The notes under the pieces: generated by a model
What the model was told of the DNA's origin: nothing
The model's input: only the letters and a program-made list of their open reading frames with translations
Databases searched by the model: none
Part shown: piece after piece, positions 24,300 to 35,749 of the stretch
Layout: each line of letters starts with the position of its first letter
Position numbering within the stretch: the stretch's first letter is position 1
Assembly: GCF_006345805.1 (NCBI RefSeq)
Contig: NC_043002.1
Location: 54,436,001 to 54,500,000, forward strand
DNA: 64,000 bases
Direction of reading: 5' to 3'
From: Octopus sinensis
Taxonomy: Eukaryota
Made by a program: the position numbers and the translations under genes

Positions 24300-24950
24300 T
24301 ATATTGTGTCTGTGAGACACGATTTCCAAGAGTGGAGAGGAAACGGAAATTTATGAAGATTTTCGTTGTGTGGCAAGTGTGAAGTTGATAACAAAACGTG
24401 CAGTGAGTAATCTTTATGAACAAGAATATTACTTATAAAGCTATCAGGAGGATTATACGAAATTAGTTAGTGGTAAAGGACAAGGAGACTTGAGCGATGT
24501 AGAAAGATATCCCTTTGATGTAGGTAAACAGCTCTTATGCTTTGGAAGTGGAGTTCTTCTTCTGTATAGTTGTAGAATAACTGATTCAGTGCTATCGGCT
24601 TTAGCTGCGATAGCGGTGAAGATAAATGTACCCAGGAAGATGATACCACTTACCCGCTTAGGTGTCTCGGATAGTTCATTTGCTTCCAAGAGTTTTGAAT
24701 TGACGGAGCTTGCAACAGATAGCAGTTTTTTGGGATGCAAGTGCTGTTGCGTGTTAGGACGTCAGTAGCCAGACGATCCGATGGGAACAGAGATGAGAGT
24801 AGCTGGGTAAAGAGTAAATGTTTCCGTGAACAAAAAAAAAGCCAAGAGCTTTTGGAGTGTTGATGAGAGGGTCAAGGAGACAAGAATAATAAATGTAAAC
24901 AGTTAAGGATACTACACAATTCAGATTCCGCGTTACTCATGTCAGTCTCT
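24300..24950 (-). mobile_element. Probable highly decayed CR1/L2-like LINE 3' region
   Basis: PLSQLKPIALNQLFYNY..EEL weakly resembles the CR1 C-terminal PLSHRR.VASL.LFYRY motif; same strand as the APE fragment at 25340-25600. Confidence 0.35.
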
Positions 24951-25020
24951 AAAGAAGTGCGAGATAACAGCGGAATTGTTGTTGCTTAGATCCAATTCAA
25001 CCTTCTCAGTTAATCTATGG

Positions 25021-25248
25021 CACTGGTTCTCAACCATTTTTTGCCTTTGGACCCTTTTGACCTTTATTTTACTCCACTGCTCCCCGCCATGTTAAAAAAA
25101 TCCAATTATATTTTTTAAATTAAAAATATTGTTTGGAATTGTATAAAAACATTGTTAAAATATTCTGTGTAATGTTGAAATATAATCAATTTATTGCACC
25201 TAAACTTTAACAACAAAACCTCATATGGGCACGCGTTGAGAACCACTG
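25021..25248. mobile_element. hAT-type MITE
   Basis: TIRs CACTGGTTCTCAAC / GTTGAGAACCACTG; 8-bp TSD ATCTATGG (25013-20) / ATATATGG (25249-56). Confidence 0.88.
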
Positions 25249-25339
25249 ATATATGGTCAACAGATTTATGCAAGCCATGGCCATCTCGTCCATTTTTTTT
25301 TCAGGAACAATATACTCCTGAGTGCATTAATGCAAACGC

Positions 25340-25600
25340 ATCCTTTAAAGGTAGTAGAGTGTACTTTGAGGTGGATTTGGCTGATATTTCTAAGAATTTA
25401 AATGACCACGTAGAGTTGTATGCATTGAAGTCATCTTGTATGGAGGTGAGATAGATGCACTTGTTGGAGAAGTTAGAGTAGCGGTAAAGATAACAGATGA
25501 ACTTAAAAGAATAAGGAAGGAGGACTGAGTTGAAATAGGTTGAAGCTTTTGTTGTTGATGCCCAGATAAATGAGGTAAATGGTTAGGAGAGTGGATCATA
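25340..25600 (-). mobile_element. CR1-like LINE AP-endonuclease fragment
   Basis: KFICYLYRYSN and DDFNAYNSTW correspond to the APE motifs ICxxYRSP and GDFNxHxxxW. Confidence 0.65.
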
Positions 25601-25605
25601 TGATG

Positions 25606-25647
<42 letters not shown>

Positions 25648-25650
<3 letters not shown>

Positions 25651-26642
25651 ATAAGTATGTATCTTTTTAAGATCTTCAAATTGTAAATTTTAATATTGTA
25701 TAAGCCTTTGGAGTAATGATATTCTCCTTATGTAAATATTGTTGTTTATGTAATGATCTAATTATCGTAATTTTCTATGTTATTAGATATTAAATAAATT
25801 AGATAGACTTTGATAAAATTAGATATGTTTCGACTAAAGATTGGTCTAGGCCATGTCTAATTTAATAGCATAATTTATATTAGGTAATTATTCCCATTCA
25901 TAATTATATTTATAGTACTTATAGTATTTATTTGATACTATACTACTAAGAATTGAATATTTCTATAAGTATTTTACATAAGATTTTGAAAGTCCGTTTA
26001 AGTTAGTTTATTTATATTTTGAAATTAGCTATTTCATCTTTAAATATGAAAAATTAAATTTATTAGGTTTTCATTATATACAATTATTTATAGAGATTAT
26101 TTTAGATCTTGATTATAATATTTATATATATTTTCATTGATAATTTATATATATTAGTCATTTTAAATATTTATGTAATTAGATATAGACTAATATTGAT
26201 ATTAGATTATGGGTTTTCTACCTTATAAATTAAAGTTAATATTTAACATTATAGTCGATTTCGATATAATCATATTTAATAATAGAGTTTATTATAAGTA
26301 AAATTATTATATTATATATATTATTTATATCTTAAAAATATTGATTATATTTTAGATATTTAAACCACCTGATGAACGACTGCGACTCAAAAATTTGAAG
26401 AAGTTAGCAGGCATGAAACGATCGTAGTGTGATATTAATTATATTTTTTTAAATAATTTTGTTATATATTTAAATAATATAAATTAAATAATCTTATGTA
26501 TTGGCTTAAGTTTTTCATTGTTTGATTTGCCTAATAGTGGTTTTGTCTCTAATTTAATATAATATAATATTTTACTATAAAATTGGATTCAATCCTAAAT
26601 CTAATTTTTCCCTGTAAGTTTGGATTTATTCCCTAATATTTT

Positions 26643-26645
<3 letters not shown>
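25648..26645 (+). mobile_element. Very AT-rich module between (TA)n tracts carrying a hammerhead (probable Penelope-like terminal repeat or non-autonomous derivative)
   Basis: (TA)n at ~25607-25647 and ~26646-26677; hammerhead at 26366-26429; no recognisable ORF. Confidence 0.5.
26366..26429 (+). ncRNA. Type I minimal hammerhead motif with canonical core
   Basis: CAC-CTGATGA-[stem II: CTGC/GCAG, GACT/AGTT, CAAA/TTTG]-GAAA-CGATCG-TA-GTG; palindrome ACGATCGT; GUA triplet. Confidence 0.8.
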
Positions 26646-26681
<36 letters not shown>

Positions 26682-27764
26682 TAAATAAAACATATGCATA
26701 TATATATACATATATGTACGTATCTATCTCTACATGTATATATACACGCATATATGAGTACAGTTCACAAAAAATACGTCGAACACAATGAGAAACGAAA
26801 ACATAGACACAAACACAAGGAACTGGACATTTTTCTTAAACAACAAAAAAATAGAGTACAGGACAAATAACACAAAGAAAAAACTCCTTCTTCAGTCGCC
26901 ATGGTTTCATCTACTCTACGTTTCGATATCAGAGTAAATGTGCTTAACAGAGTGTTTACGTATAATCACGATTTAGGTTAGTTGAAATATGTTTGTCACA
27001 TATTTCAACTGCTAAAGGCAAATAGACTGCAGTTACCGTGGAGAAAAAGAAATCTCTGTTATGGTAAAAAGGTGTGAAAATAAATACACCTTTAATCAAA
27101 AATAAAACCCCAACCTTATTTTTCCTTAGGTTATATGTATGAATTTAACTGAATAAATTCCCTGTTTTTATCTAGTTTCATCAAACAAATTACTTGAAAA
27201 TAATGAATCGCGTAAAAGAAATGAACAAGTTATGATGTCATAATTCTATGTATCGAAATTTTTAACCGAAATATAGAGCAAAGGAAGAAAATGTCAAATA
27301 TGTGACCTCTTCTGAGGTGAACAATCGTGATTGAAATAACGTCAGGATAGAACATTTTCTTAATTCTACAAAATATCTCGTTTCATGAAACCATCAAAGC
27401 AGCAGGTGACGGACGGACAGGGATATATGGCTTTTATTACAATATAGATTCTATAGCTGATATTTATTGAATAATAATTCATGATAAAATTTAGAAACGT
27501 ATAGATAAATGCATGTATATGCTTTTGATCTTCATAATTCTCTTAAAAATGGGCGCAAGTGGTTCTTGCTCATGATGAACACTAGAGAGCAAAAGTCTAG
27601 TAAGTTGTTAGTAAACAGTTTTTGAGAATCTAGTACGGTTTCTGTTTCAGTTAAGTCATTACATTTTTTCAAGTACATCCCTACAGTCGGTATGAATATT
27701 ATACACTCTTATTTGTTGTTCCAGTAAATTTAAAGCTTTGTATGTGTATCAAATATAACTCTAG

Positions 27765-28350
27765 TATGGCTGCAAGCAAGCCAATGTGGTTAAAAAGATC
27801 GCTTTGCAATCAAGTGGTTTCGGGTTCAGTCTTACAGCAGGTACCTTGAGCAAGTGTCTTCTACTATTGTTCTGGGTTGACCAATACTTTGAGAGCAATT
27901 TTGGTTGACGAAAACTGTGTGGAAAACCGTCCATGCATACCAGCCTCTCCTCTCCTGATGTCATCCAAAGGAAAGGCCGATACAGCTTGGCACTAGTGAC
28001 GTCGCAACTCATTTCTACAATTGGAGCAACTAAAAAGAAGTGTCTTACTTAAGAACACAACACACAGTTCGGTCCGGAATCGAACTCACTATCTCATGAT
28101 TGTGAGCATGGCTCAGTGGTTAGAGAGTCGGGCTCACTATTTTCAGTTGCTCCAGTTGTAGAAACAAGTTGCGACGTCACTAGTGCCAAGCTGTATCAGC
28201 CTTTGCCTTTCCTTTGTATAACATCAGGGGAGGGGAGGCTGGTATGCATGGTCTTCCATAAACAATCCTGCCCAGACTTGTGCCAAGGAGAGTAACTTTC
28301 TAGGTGCAATCCCATGGTCATTCATGACCAAAGGGGATCTTTACCCTTTA
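27765..28350. mobile_element. Cluster: SINE B head (+), then SINE family D copies head-to-head (- 27935-28106; + 28107-28350)
   Basis: Family D consensus seen at 44995-45340; GTTGCGACGTCACTAGTGCCAAGCTGTATC present in both orientations. Confidence 0.85.
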
Positions 28351-28409
<59 letters not shown>

Positions 28410-28412
<3 letters not shown>

Positions 28413-28500
28413 GGGTGGGGAAACTTATTAGTGCGTCGGGCAAAAATTTCCGAAGAAAAAGGTCCCCGGGCGTCTCACAAGTTCTAACTCTTATATCTGT
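28410..28500 (+). mobile_element. hAT-like terminal fragment
   Basis: Starts CAGGGGTGGGGAAAC immediately after (TA)n; no partner TIR found. Confidence 0.4.
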
Positions 28501-29892
28501 GTAAGTCTTCTATATAATTATGTATAATTCGAGATACATTAATGAAGATAAGTTTAAGGCAAAAAAGAGTTCGATAAAATAAGTACCAGACTTCTTTAAA
28601 AATGTATTAGGGTCGATTTGTTCGATTAAACCTTTCAAGGTAATGCCTTAGCATGGCTGTAGTTCAATGACTGAAACAAGGAAAAGGTCAAAATATGGCC
28701 GAATGGTTGAGAAATTCACTTCGCAATCCAGAGTTTCCGAATTCCATCGCACTGCAGGACATCCTGGGCATTTCTCATTTACCATAGCTTCTGTTCGACC
28801 CACGCCGAGCGAGTGAAACAGTAGACGGAAACTTCTTGGAAGCCGTTTATTTGGATTGTATCTGCAATTTAAAAGTCCGACCTGACACGCCACTGTCAGC
28901 GACGACTCTGCTTGAGAATTATGTGATGAGTACATCTTCAGTGAATTAATTGGCCATTTCACAAGCTAATTTAATGAGAGAGTTGTGAAATTGATCGAAC
29001 AACTGAATAGTCATCGTCGAAAACCGACGGAGATCCTCAATTTTACTTTGTCACCACTGGTAACAGCAATAACAATATCAAGAGTAATTATATCTATATA
29101 TAACCTGTAGTCGTTTCAGTAAATCCAAAAATAACTTAAATTCGATGAAATAACTACTTCCGTAAAACGTACAATGCATGGTAGCCTATATTATTTTCAT
29201 TGAGAGAGACAAAGGTACAGACATACACCCTCACACACATATAATACTCAACGATAGATTCTCTATATCTTGACATTCTTTTTCACCTACACATACAATG
29301 CGTATACGCCACTCGCACGTTACACACGCACAGAGGCATTCGTATATTCACTCTATTGTACATTCTTTTTCACTCGCCCTTTGCGTCATTGACGCTCAGC
29401 AGTCAATATGGTTACACCTACACATTTACGTATATATATTTATATCAATTGGTGTATTTGAAAAGAGAAAAAAGAAGAAAAAAATTGCTGGCTTTGCTCT
29501 CTGATACCCAGCACACCCAAAAGAGCCTAAGGCTTGGTCCCCACAACCAGGATCTGGTGTATATTTTAAATATTTACACATCCACGGCCTTTTTTTTTTT
29601 TTTTTGTAATCTACTCTATTCAGGTCCGCTCAAAATGATTTAGGATTATTTCACAAACACACGCACGTTGTTCACTTTATTCAAAGGCACCCACTTCTAC
29701 CCACTTTAAAGACATCATTCCCATGTAACATGTGATAGCACCTGTGTTTGTCATCCTCGGTTGAACTCCAGAAATAATTGACACCATCTAATTAACTACA
29801 TTGTCTTATCGCTTAACTTTTACATTGTTCTATACGTTCCACTTATAAAGCGTCACATACACGTGTGTATATACATTGTATATGTACACACG

Positions 29893-29945
<53 letters not shown>

Positions 29946-30199
29946 GTACACTGTACACCCCACCCCGTATATATATATATTTAAAAGTATTTTATCTCTT
30001 GTGTATAAATATGTATGTGTATGAATATATATGTACATATGTGTATATAAGGTTTATTATCTATGTATATCTACACACACACATACATTTATAAAGGGTT
30101 CCACCCTCTCGTTTACATTTCTCTTATGTCACTCTCTTACGACAGTATAAGAAATATCTATAAATAAATCTTCCTAATGAACTTGAGCTCAGTGATGCA

Positions 30200-30530
30200 A
30201 GAATCAAGCTCCCGACGTACTTGCTCTACCTTTGGCGCAGTTTCGATTTTCGTTCGAAGCCAGCTTATTTCACTCAATTTATAAGCATTCAGAACAGCGT
30301 TCACGTCCCACCTCCAAAAAAAAAAAAACAACACCACCACCGTCGTCACGTTTTCCCGAATTCACTGAACGACACGTGTAACAACCAGTTTGACACCCAC
30401 TAACCAATGACGCGAATGTGTGTGTGTGTGCGCGCGCCTATCAGCCACAGACATGTTGACGGTAAGACCATCGGGTAACTGACAATAACAATTCGTTTTC
30501 CGGTTAGCGTTATACTTAATTCACGTTATT
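30200..30530. promoter_or_regulatory. Candidate CpG-rich divergent promoter / first exons
   Basis: Non-repetitive CpG-rich patch; CCAATGACG 30404-12, CACGTG 30373-78, minus-strand TATAAA 30283-78; donors CAA|GTACGT (-, 30220) and ATGTTGACG|GTAAGA (+, 30462). Confidence 0.35.
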
Positions 30531-31310
30531 AGTTTTATTTATGACGAAATAAATACGAAAATTTCTCATTTTTCATTCTAAGTTACCAGAGAAGTTTACA
30601 CGCCTATGGAAAGAAGTAATTATTGGCTTAAATATTTTAATTATATAATTAAAAAAAAATTTCTTCCCTTATTATTATATGCTTATCCCTCATTTATTAT
30701 AGACAAAGCAGATGGAGAATTATCGTAATGGATAATAACCAAACAATTTAATGACAGTAAGCTAAACTTATTGTGCTAATGTATTTTTGTTTTGTTCTCT
30801 AAAGGAGAATTGAAGGTCTAAAATTTAAAACATCAGAGTCATCTCCCTTTTAGACCCTATTTTAATATGTCAATGTCGATGAAAACTAATGGAAATAAAA
30901 TCAAAAGGGGTCATATTCACCCCCTTCTTTCCTGGCGAAGAGACCTGCTCAACGAAACATTATTAATTCTCCTTATCGCACAGAACACAAACTTCTTTGG
31001 TACTGTGAGAAGAATTGAGATTTGATTGAAGTGGAGCTTTGCGTCTACGGTGATCCAATTCGTGTCGTCATTGAATCACAGCGTTATCGATCGTAATTAT
31101 TAAACTAGATAATGCAGAAAAGATGAAGTACATCACCGCATTTGTAAACATCGTGTTCAACGAATATAATGTATTTGATTTATTTGCTATTACTTTTACA
31201 TATATTCTTACTATTAAGTTTCTTTTCTTCTTCAATATAATTGATTATTTATTTTAAAACTGCTTTTATAGTTTATGTATTCTTTTGCTTTTATTATTTG
31301 CTAGTCTATA

Positions 31311-31695
31311 AGGTGGCGAATTGGCAGAATCGTTAGCATGCCGAACAAGATACTAAGAGGTATTTCGTCCGTCTTCACTTTCTGAGTTCAAACTCTGCCG
31401 AGGCTGACTTTCCTTTTCATCCTTTCGGGTTGGGCACAGAGGTCGATGTAATCGACTAGCCCTGCCTCTAAGATCCCAGGCCTTTGCCTTTAGAAGAAAA
31501 TAAGAAAGGATTACTTAGTATATATATTTTGGTTATAAAATTTATATTTGTCCACTCGACGAAATTTGAACAATTTGAGTTCAAATCTTGCCGAGGCCAA
31601 CTTTACCTTTTCGCTTTCCGAAATCGATGAGGTGCCAGTCATGTAACTTGTCAATTTAATCGACCATACTCTTGTGCCAATACTAGAAATCAATG
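31311..31695 (+). mobile_element. Two SINE family A copies
   Basis: AAGGTGGCGAATTGGCAGAATCGTTAGC..TTCTGAGTTCAAACTC; second copy TTTGAGTTCAAATCTTGCCGAGG. Confidence 0.8.
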
Positions 31696-32162
31696 CAACT
31701 TATTGACCGTAAAATGGTAAGGCTCTGAAAAAATTACTTGTAATATATTTACTTGCGTCCCTTCATCGAGGTCGATTTTACATTCCATAGCGCCTGATTA
31801 AAAAAAAAGAACAAAACAGCTATCCAGTTAATTACTGGGTTTAAGTTAACTGTCTTCTCCCCTTCCTTCCAAATGTGTGACTTTGTACGTACGTTATAAA
31901 GCAATATGACTCCTGTTGTACTTTATTCCCATTTAACCCCTAATTGACGTTCAATTAGATCAAAAGTGTTTAAAGTGTGACCATCTCGCTTTTTTTTTTT
32001 TTACTCCTAGCAGTGTACTCCAGGGACTTCATTATTCAAAGTGTCTTCCTTTCAAGACAGTGGAATATGATTTGAGTGAAATTTGATTACTATTTCTAGC
32101 AGGTCAAGCGACCGCATAGTGACCCACTTATTGGTTTGATAATACGAGTGGCACAAAATAAG

Positions 32163-32312
32163 CCGGTGAGCTGGCAGAATCGTTAGCACGCCGAGAAAGA
32201 TGCTTAGCGGCATTTCGTCTGTTTTTACGTTCCGAGTTCAAATTCCGCCGAGGTCGACTTTGCCTTTCATCTTTTCGGGGTCGAACACTGGTTGTGCCAA
32301 AATCTGAAATCA
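32163..32312 (+). mobile_element. SINE family A
   Basis: GAGCTGGCAGAATCGTTAGCACGCCG...GAGGTCGACTTTGCCTTTCATC. Confidence 0.9.
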
Positions 32313-32454
32313 ACATGTGTGATATGAAATATAACTGTTGTTAACAAGCCAACGAAAGAGTCTTTATTTGTACAATCTACCTACTAGAATAGTAGTCAAA
32401 TCTTTCTCAAATCACTATATTAGTTTAAAAATAATAACAGGACATAGAGATATG

Positions 32455-32889
32455 GTAATGTGCACAGATGACAAAGTGAATAAGTGAGAGTGTGTGGGAA
32501 GTTGGGTCTCATAGCTGCTGACAGTAGATTTCATTTCTCTATTTGGCTATTGTCTTTAGTTGCTGCCTTGCTTTGGATCATGGTCCCTAACTGATGGTAG
32601 CTGTCTCTGACTCGAGTTTGTCATTCATTAACTAACTGATTGAGTTGTTACGATCCGACTAACTCAGTTGTCACTAACTGAAGTGACTAACCGATTCTTG
32701 CTTGGGGTTCTTGCTTTTATAACTATCCAGAAGGATAGACATATCATTGAGAACAATAGATTTAGTTGGTGGTATTTGTTATCTTAATTCTAGCTTTTGG
32801 TGGTCTAGGAGAGGTTAGAAAGGTCAAGTGGTGAACACATTATTTCGGCTTAGCTAAAGCAATCTGGCAAATGTAAAACTGCTGTCACA
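32455..32889 (-). mobile_element. Possible solo LTR
   Basis: Minus strand begins TGTGACA; TATAAAAG near 32713-32720; repeated ACTAACT motifs; no TSD found. Confidence 0.2.
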
Positions 32890-33022
32890 GAAAACTATGT
32901 TTCACCGTGAGAAAAGTTCTGTTGAAGTGTTAATTTAAATTTGGCTATGGTGGATCGAATCCACTTCATGTCTGCAAGTTTCACTACACACACACACATG
33001 TATATATATGTGTATATATATA

Positions 33023-33070
<48 letters not shown>

Positions 33071-33245
33071 CTTGAGTCGTCTAAGAGACCATAAGTCAGG
33101 GAGAAGATGCATTCGTATAACTGCTTGTAGAGTAGGTATATTGTCTGAATTTTATAGTGTTAATTATCCATCACGGCTGGTCTTGCCAATCGGTTTCGCG
33201 CGAAGTTATATAATGGAATGTTAGGCAACAAACCAGTTATATAAG

Positions 33246-33383
33246 ATACGCTCGTCAGAGATAGCCGACATGGAAGAGGAAATGGCGACCGCTCTCCACT
33301 GTTGGAGGTGCTCAGTTCCATCTCCAACTGTAGAGAGCGGTCACCATTTCCCCTTCCATGTCGGCTATCTCTGACGAGCGTAT
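33246..33383. mobile_element. 138-bp near-perfect fold-back (palindromic MITE-like) element
   Basis: ATACGCTCGTCAGAGATAGCCGACATGGAAG... / ...CTTCCATGTCGGCTATCTCTGACGAGCGTAT; ~64-bp arms with about five non-Watson-Crick positions. Confidence 0.85.
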
Positions 33384-33788
33384 ATCATATAGCTGGTTTC
33401 TTTGCTATTCCCTGTATTGATGGTAGTAGTCGTAGTAGGTTGGTGGCTTTGGTGGTTGTTGTAGTAGTGATGGTGATGTTACTGGTGATGATGATGATGA
33501 TGGTGACGGTGATAGTGGTGGTGGGGGTTGTGATGATGTATCAATGAAATAGGTCAATATTTTAGTCTTACCTTGTTTTACTCTACCTGGAAAATTATCA
33601 CCACTGTTTTTTTACACCTGAAGATTCGCCTGCGCCCCACCCTAGAATATTCTATGTGAAGAACTACCAAAGTCTGGGATGACAATTCGTCGAGTTATAT
33701 TGTTAATGATGTTTGAACATTTCGAACATGATGCTTTACGAAACTGTTTCACAGTTTAATACAGTTTAATTTGCTTATACGAATTAGT

Positions 33789-34073
33789 GAAGGTGTGTAG
33801 CTTACTGGTTAGCGTATTCGGCTCACGATCGTATGGCTGTGAGTTCGATTCCCATCAGCGCATTGAGTCGTTGAGCCAGACACTTTATTTTACAGTGCTC
33901 CAGTCCTTTCAGTTGTAATGAGTTCAATGGGCCAGATTTGTTACATTCGATGTGTCTCACTGAGAACTACTTTAAGGGTACTCGTATCTGGAGTGCTCAG
34001 ACACTTGCACATTAATTTCATGAGCAGGTTCGAATCAACTGGAACACTCACCGTCGTAAATGACGGAGTGCCA
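33789..34073 (+). mobile_element. SINE family C
   Basis: tRNA-like head (TGGTTAGCGTATTCGGCTCACGATCG..GAGTTCGATTCCC) and GACGGAGTGCCA end shared with 57387 and 61329. Confidence 0.85.
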
Positions 34074-35135
34074 AGCCATCCAAATTAGTAAAGGAGACGA
34101 CTATAATTGCGTTGGAAACTTCATAACCGCACTGTCATAACATTTACATGTGTAGCTATCATCAATGGAATCTATATGATATATAAAAGCTAGCGAAGGA
34201 TCTATTTTGACAGAAAATAAAGCCAAAGCTCCTTCTTTCATACTCTATTAAAGAAGTAAGTACTCATTGTATAATGTTGTGTTGAACCGCAAACCCGCAA
34301 AAGAAAAAGAATGACGGTTTGCCTTCAACCATAGATCTGCTTGATCAGGATTGATCTAGAGGTAAATAAAAACGACAGCAAATTATAGTAGAAAATATTG
34401 TAAAATAATGATGAGGTTACATACAGAATTACAAAACAATTGTGATTTATAGTTTAAAGCTCGATTTCGTAGTAACGAAAAATGGGACTGAGTGACATTC
34501 ATCCCCCCTTTTTTTTTTAGATATATTAGCGACTGAATTGAAGTCAGATCGTTATACTCGATGATTGAAACTAGACTGTCGACTCAGTCTGCGAGAGCAT
34601 ACTTCCACTGTTGTAAGGCTCGTTTATGACGTTCATTATTGATTTCTTAGAAAACAACAGCCCAAGGCCTCAGATATTTAAATGAACATTAGCGACATAA
34701 GGGAAGTAAAACAGGCACAATCGGGAATCGATACTGGTTCATAAACTCGGCTCACAATGTAACAATTATTGATTTTATTTAATTAGTCTCGGTTTTATAT
34801 ATAATTGGGTGGAAATGGGATGTTGGGGAATCCAGATGTGTGTTCTGTTTTTTTACAATGAGTTTCATTCAGCAGTCGAACCTATTTACTAGACTCAGCT
34901 GTTCCTGAAGATGTGGAATACTAGTATTTTAACTGGTATCCCTGCATTACAAAAAGTGTTGCATTCCTGAAACTCTTGCCGTAACGCACAATTCTGTACC
35001 GAGGAATATATTTTCTCATTGATTTCCATGTAATAAATTAAGATGCCAGTTGACGGAATGTTTACGAAAACAAAATTAATAAAAAAAACAAACAATTTTA
35101 ATGCATAAAAATATTTTGTAAACGCACACACTATA

Positions 35136-35297
35136 GGTGCAGGAGTGGCTGTGTGGTAAGTAGCTTGCTTACCAACCACATGGTTACGGGTTTAGTCCTA
35201 TTGCGTGGCACCTTGGGCATGTGTCTTCTACTATAGCCTCGGGCTGACCAAAGCCTTGTGAGTGGATTTGGTAGATGGAAACTGAAAGAAGCCCGCC

Positions 35298-35349
<52 letters not shown>

Positions 35350-35560
35350 ATTTGTATTCTGTGTTTGTCCCCCAATATCGCTTGACAACCGATGCTGGTT
35401 TGTTTACGTCCCCGTAACTTTGCGGTTCGGCGAAAGGGACCGATAAAATAAGTACTAGACTTACAAAGAATAAGTCCTGGGGTCGATTTGTTTCGACTAA
35501 AGGCGGTGCTCCAGCATGGCCGCAGTCAAATGATTGAAACAAATTCAAGAACAGAAGAAT
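35136..35560 (+). mobile_element. SINE family B, full length
   Basis: Collinear with 17917-18328, including the internal (TA)n. Confidence 0.92.
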
Positions 35561-35749
35561 AATACAAAATGTATATACAATAAACATTTTAAGCGAAGTA
35601 CTTTAGGAAATAATTAAGAATGCTGCAGTATATTCTAGTAGGGTACGTACTCATCGCAAAATATGTTCATTACTGCGTAATAAATCTAGTATAATGGGAG
35701 CTCCTGCTCTGAAGATCATTGTCGTTAGCATCTGTAACAGGAGTGAATA

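Noticed and set aside
25648-26645. Possible mitochondrial insertion (NUMT)
   Set aside because: Very AT-rich, but no recognisable mitochondrial ORF, rRNA or tRNA; the hammerhead and (TA)n flanks fit a retroelement module better.
27449-27505. CTGATA..hairpin..GAAACGTATAG
   Set aside because: Core lacks G8 and the stem I register does not fit; plausible by chance in AT-rich DNA.
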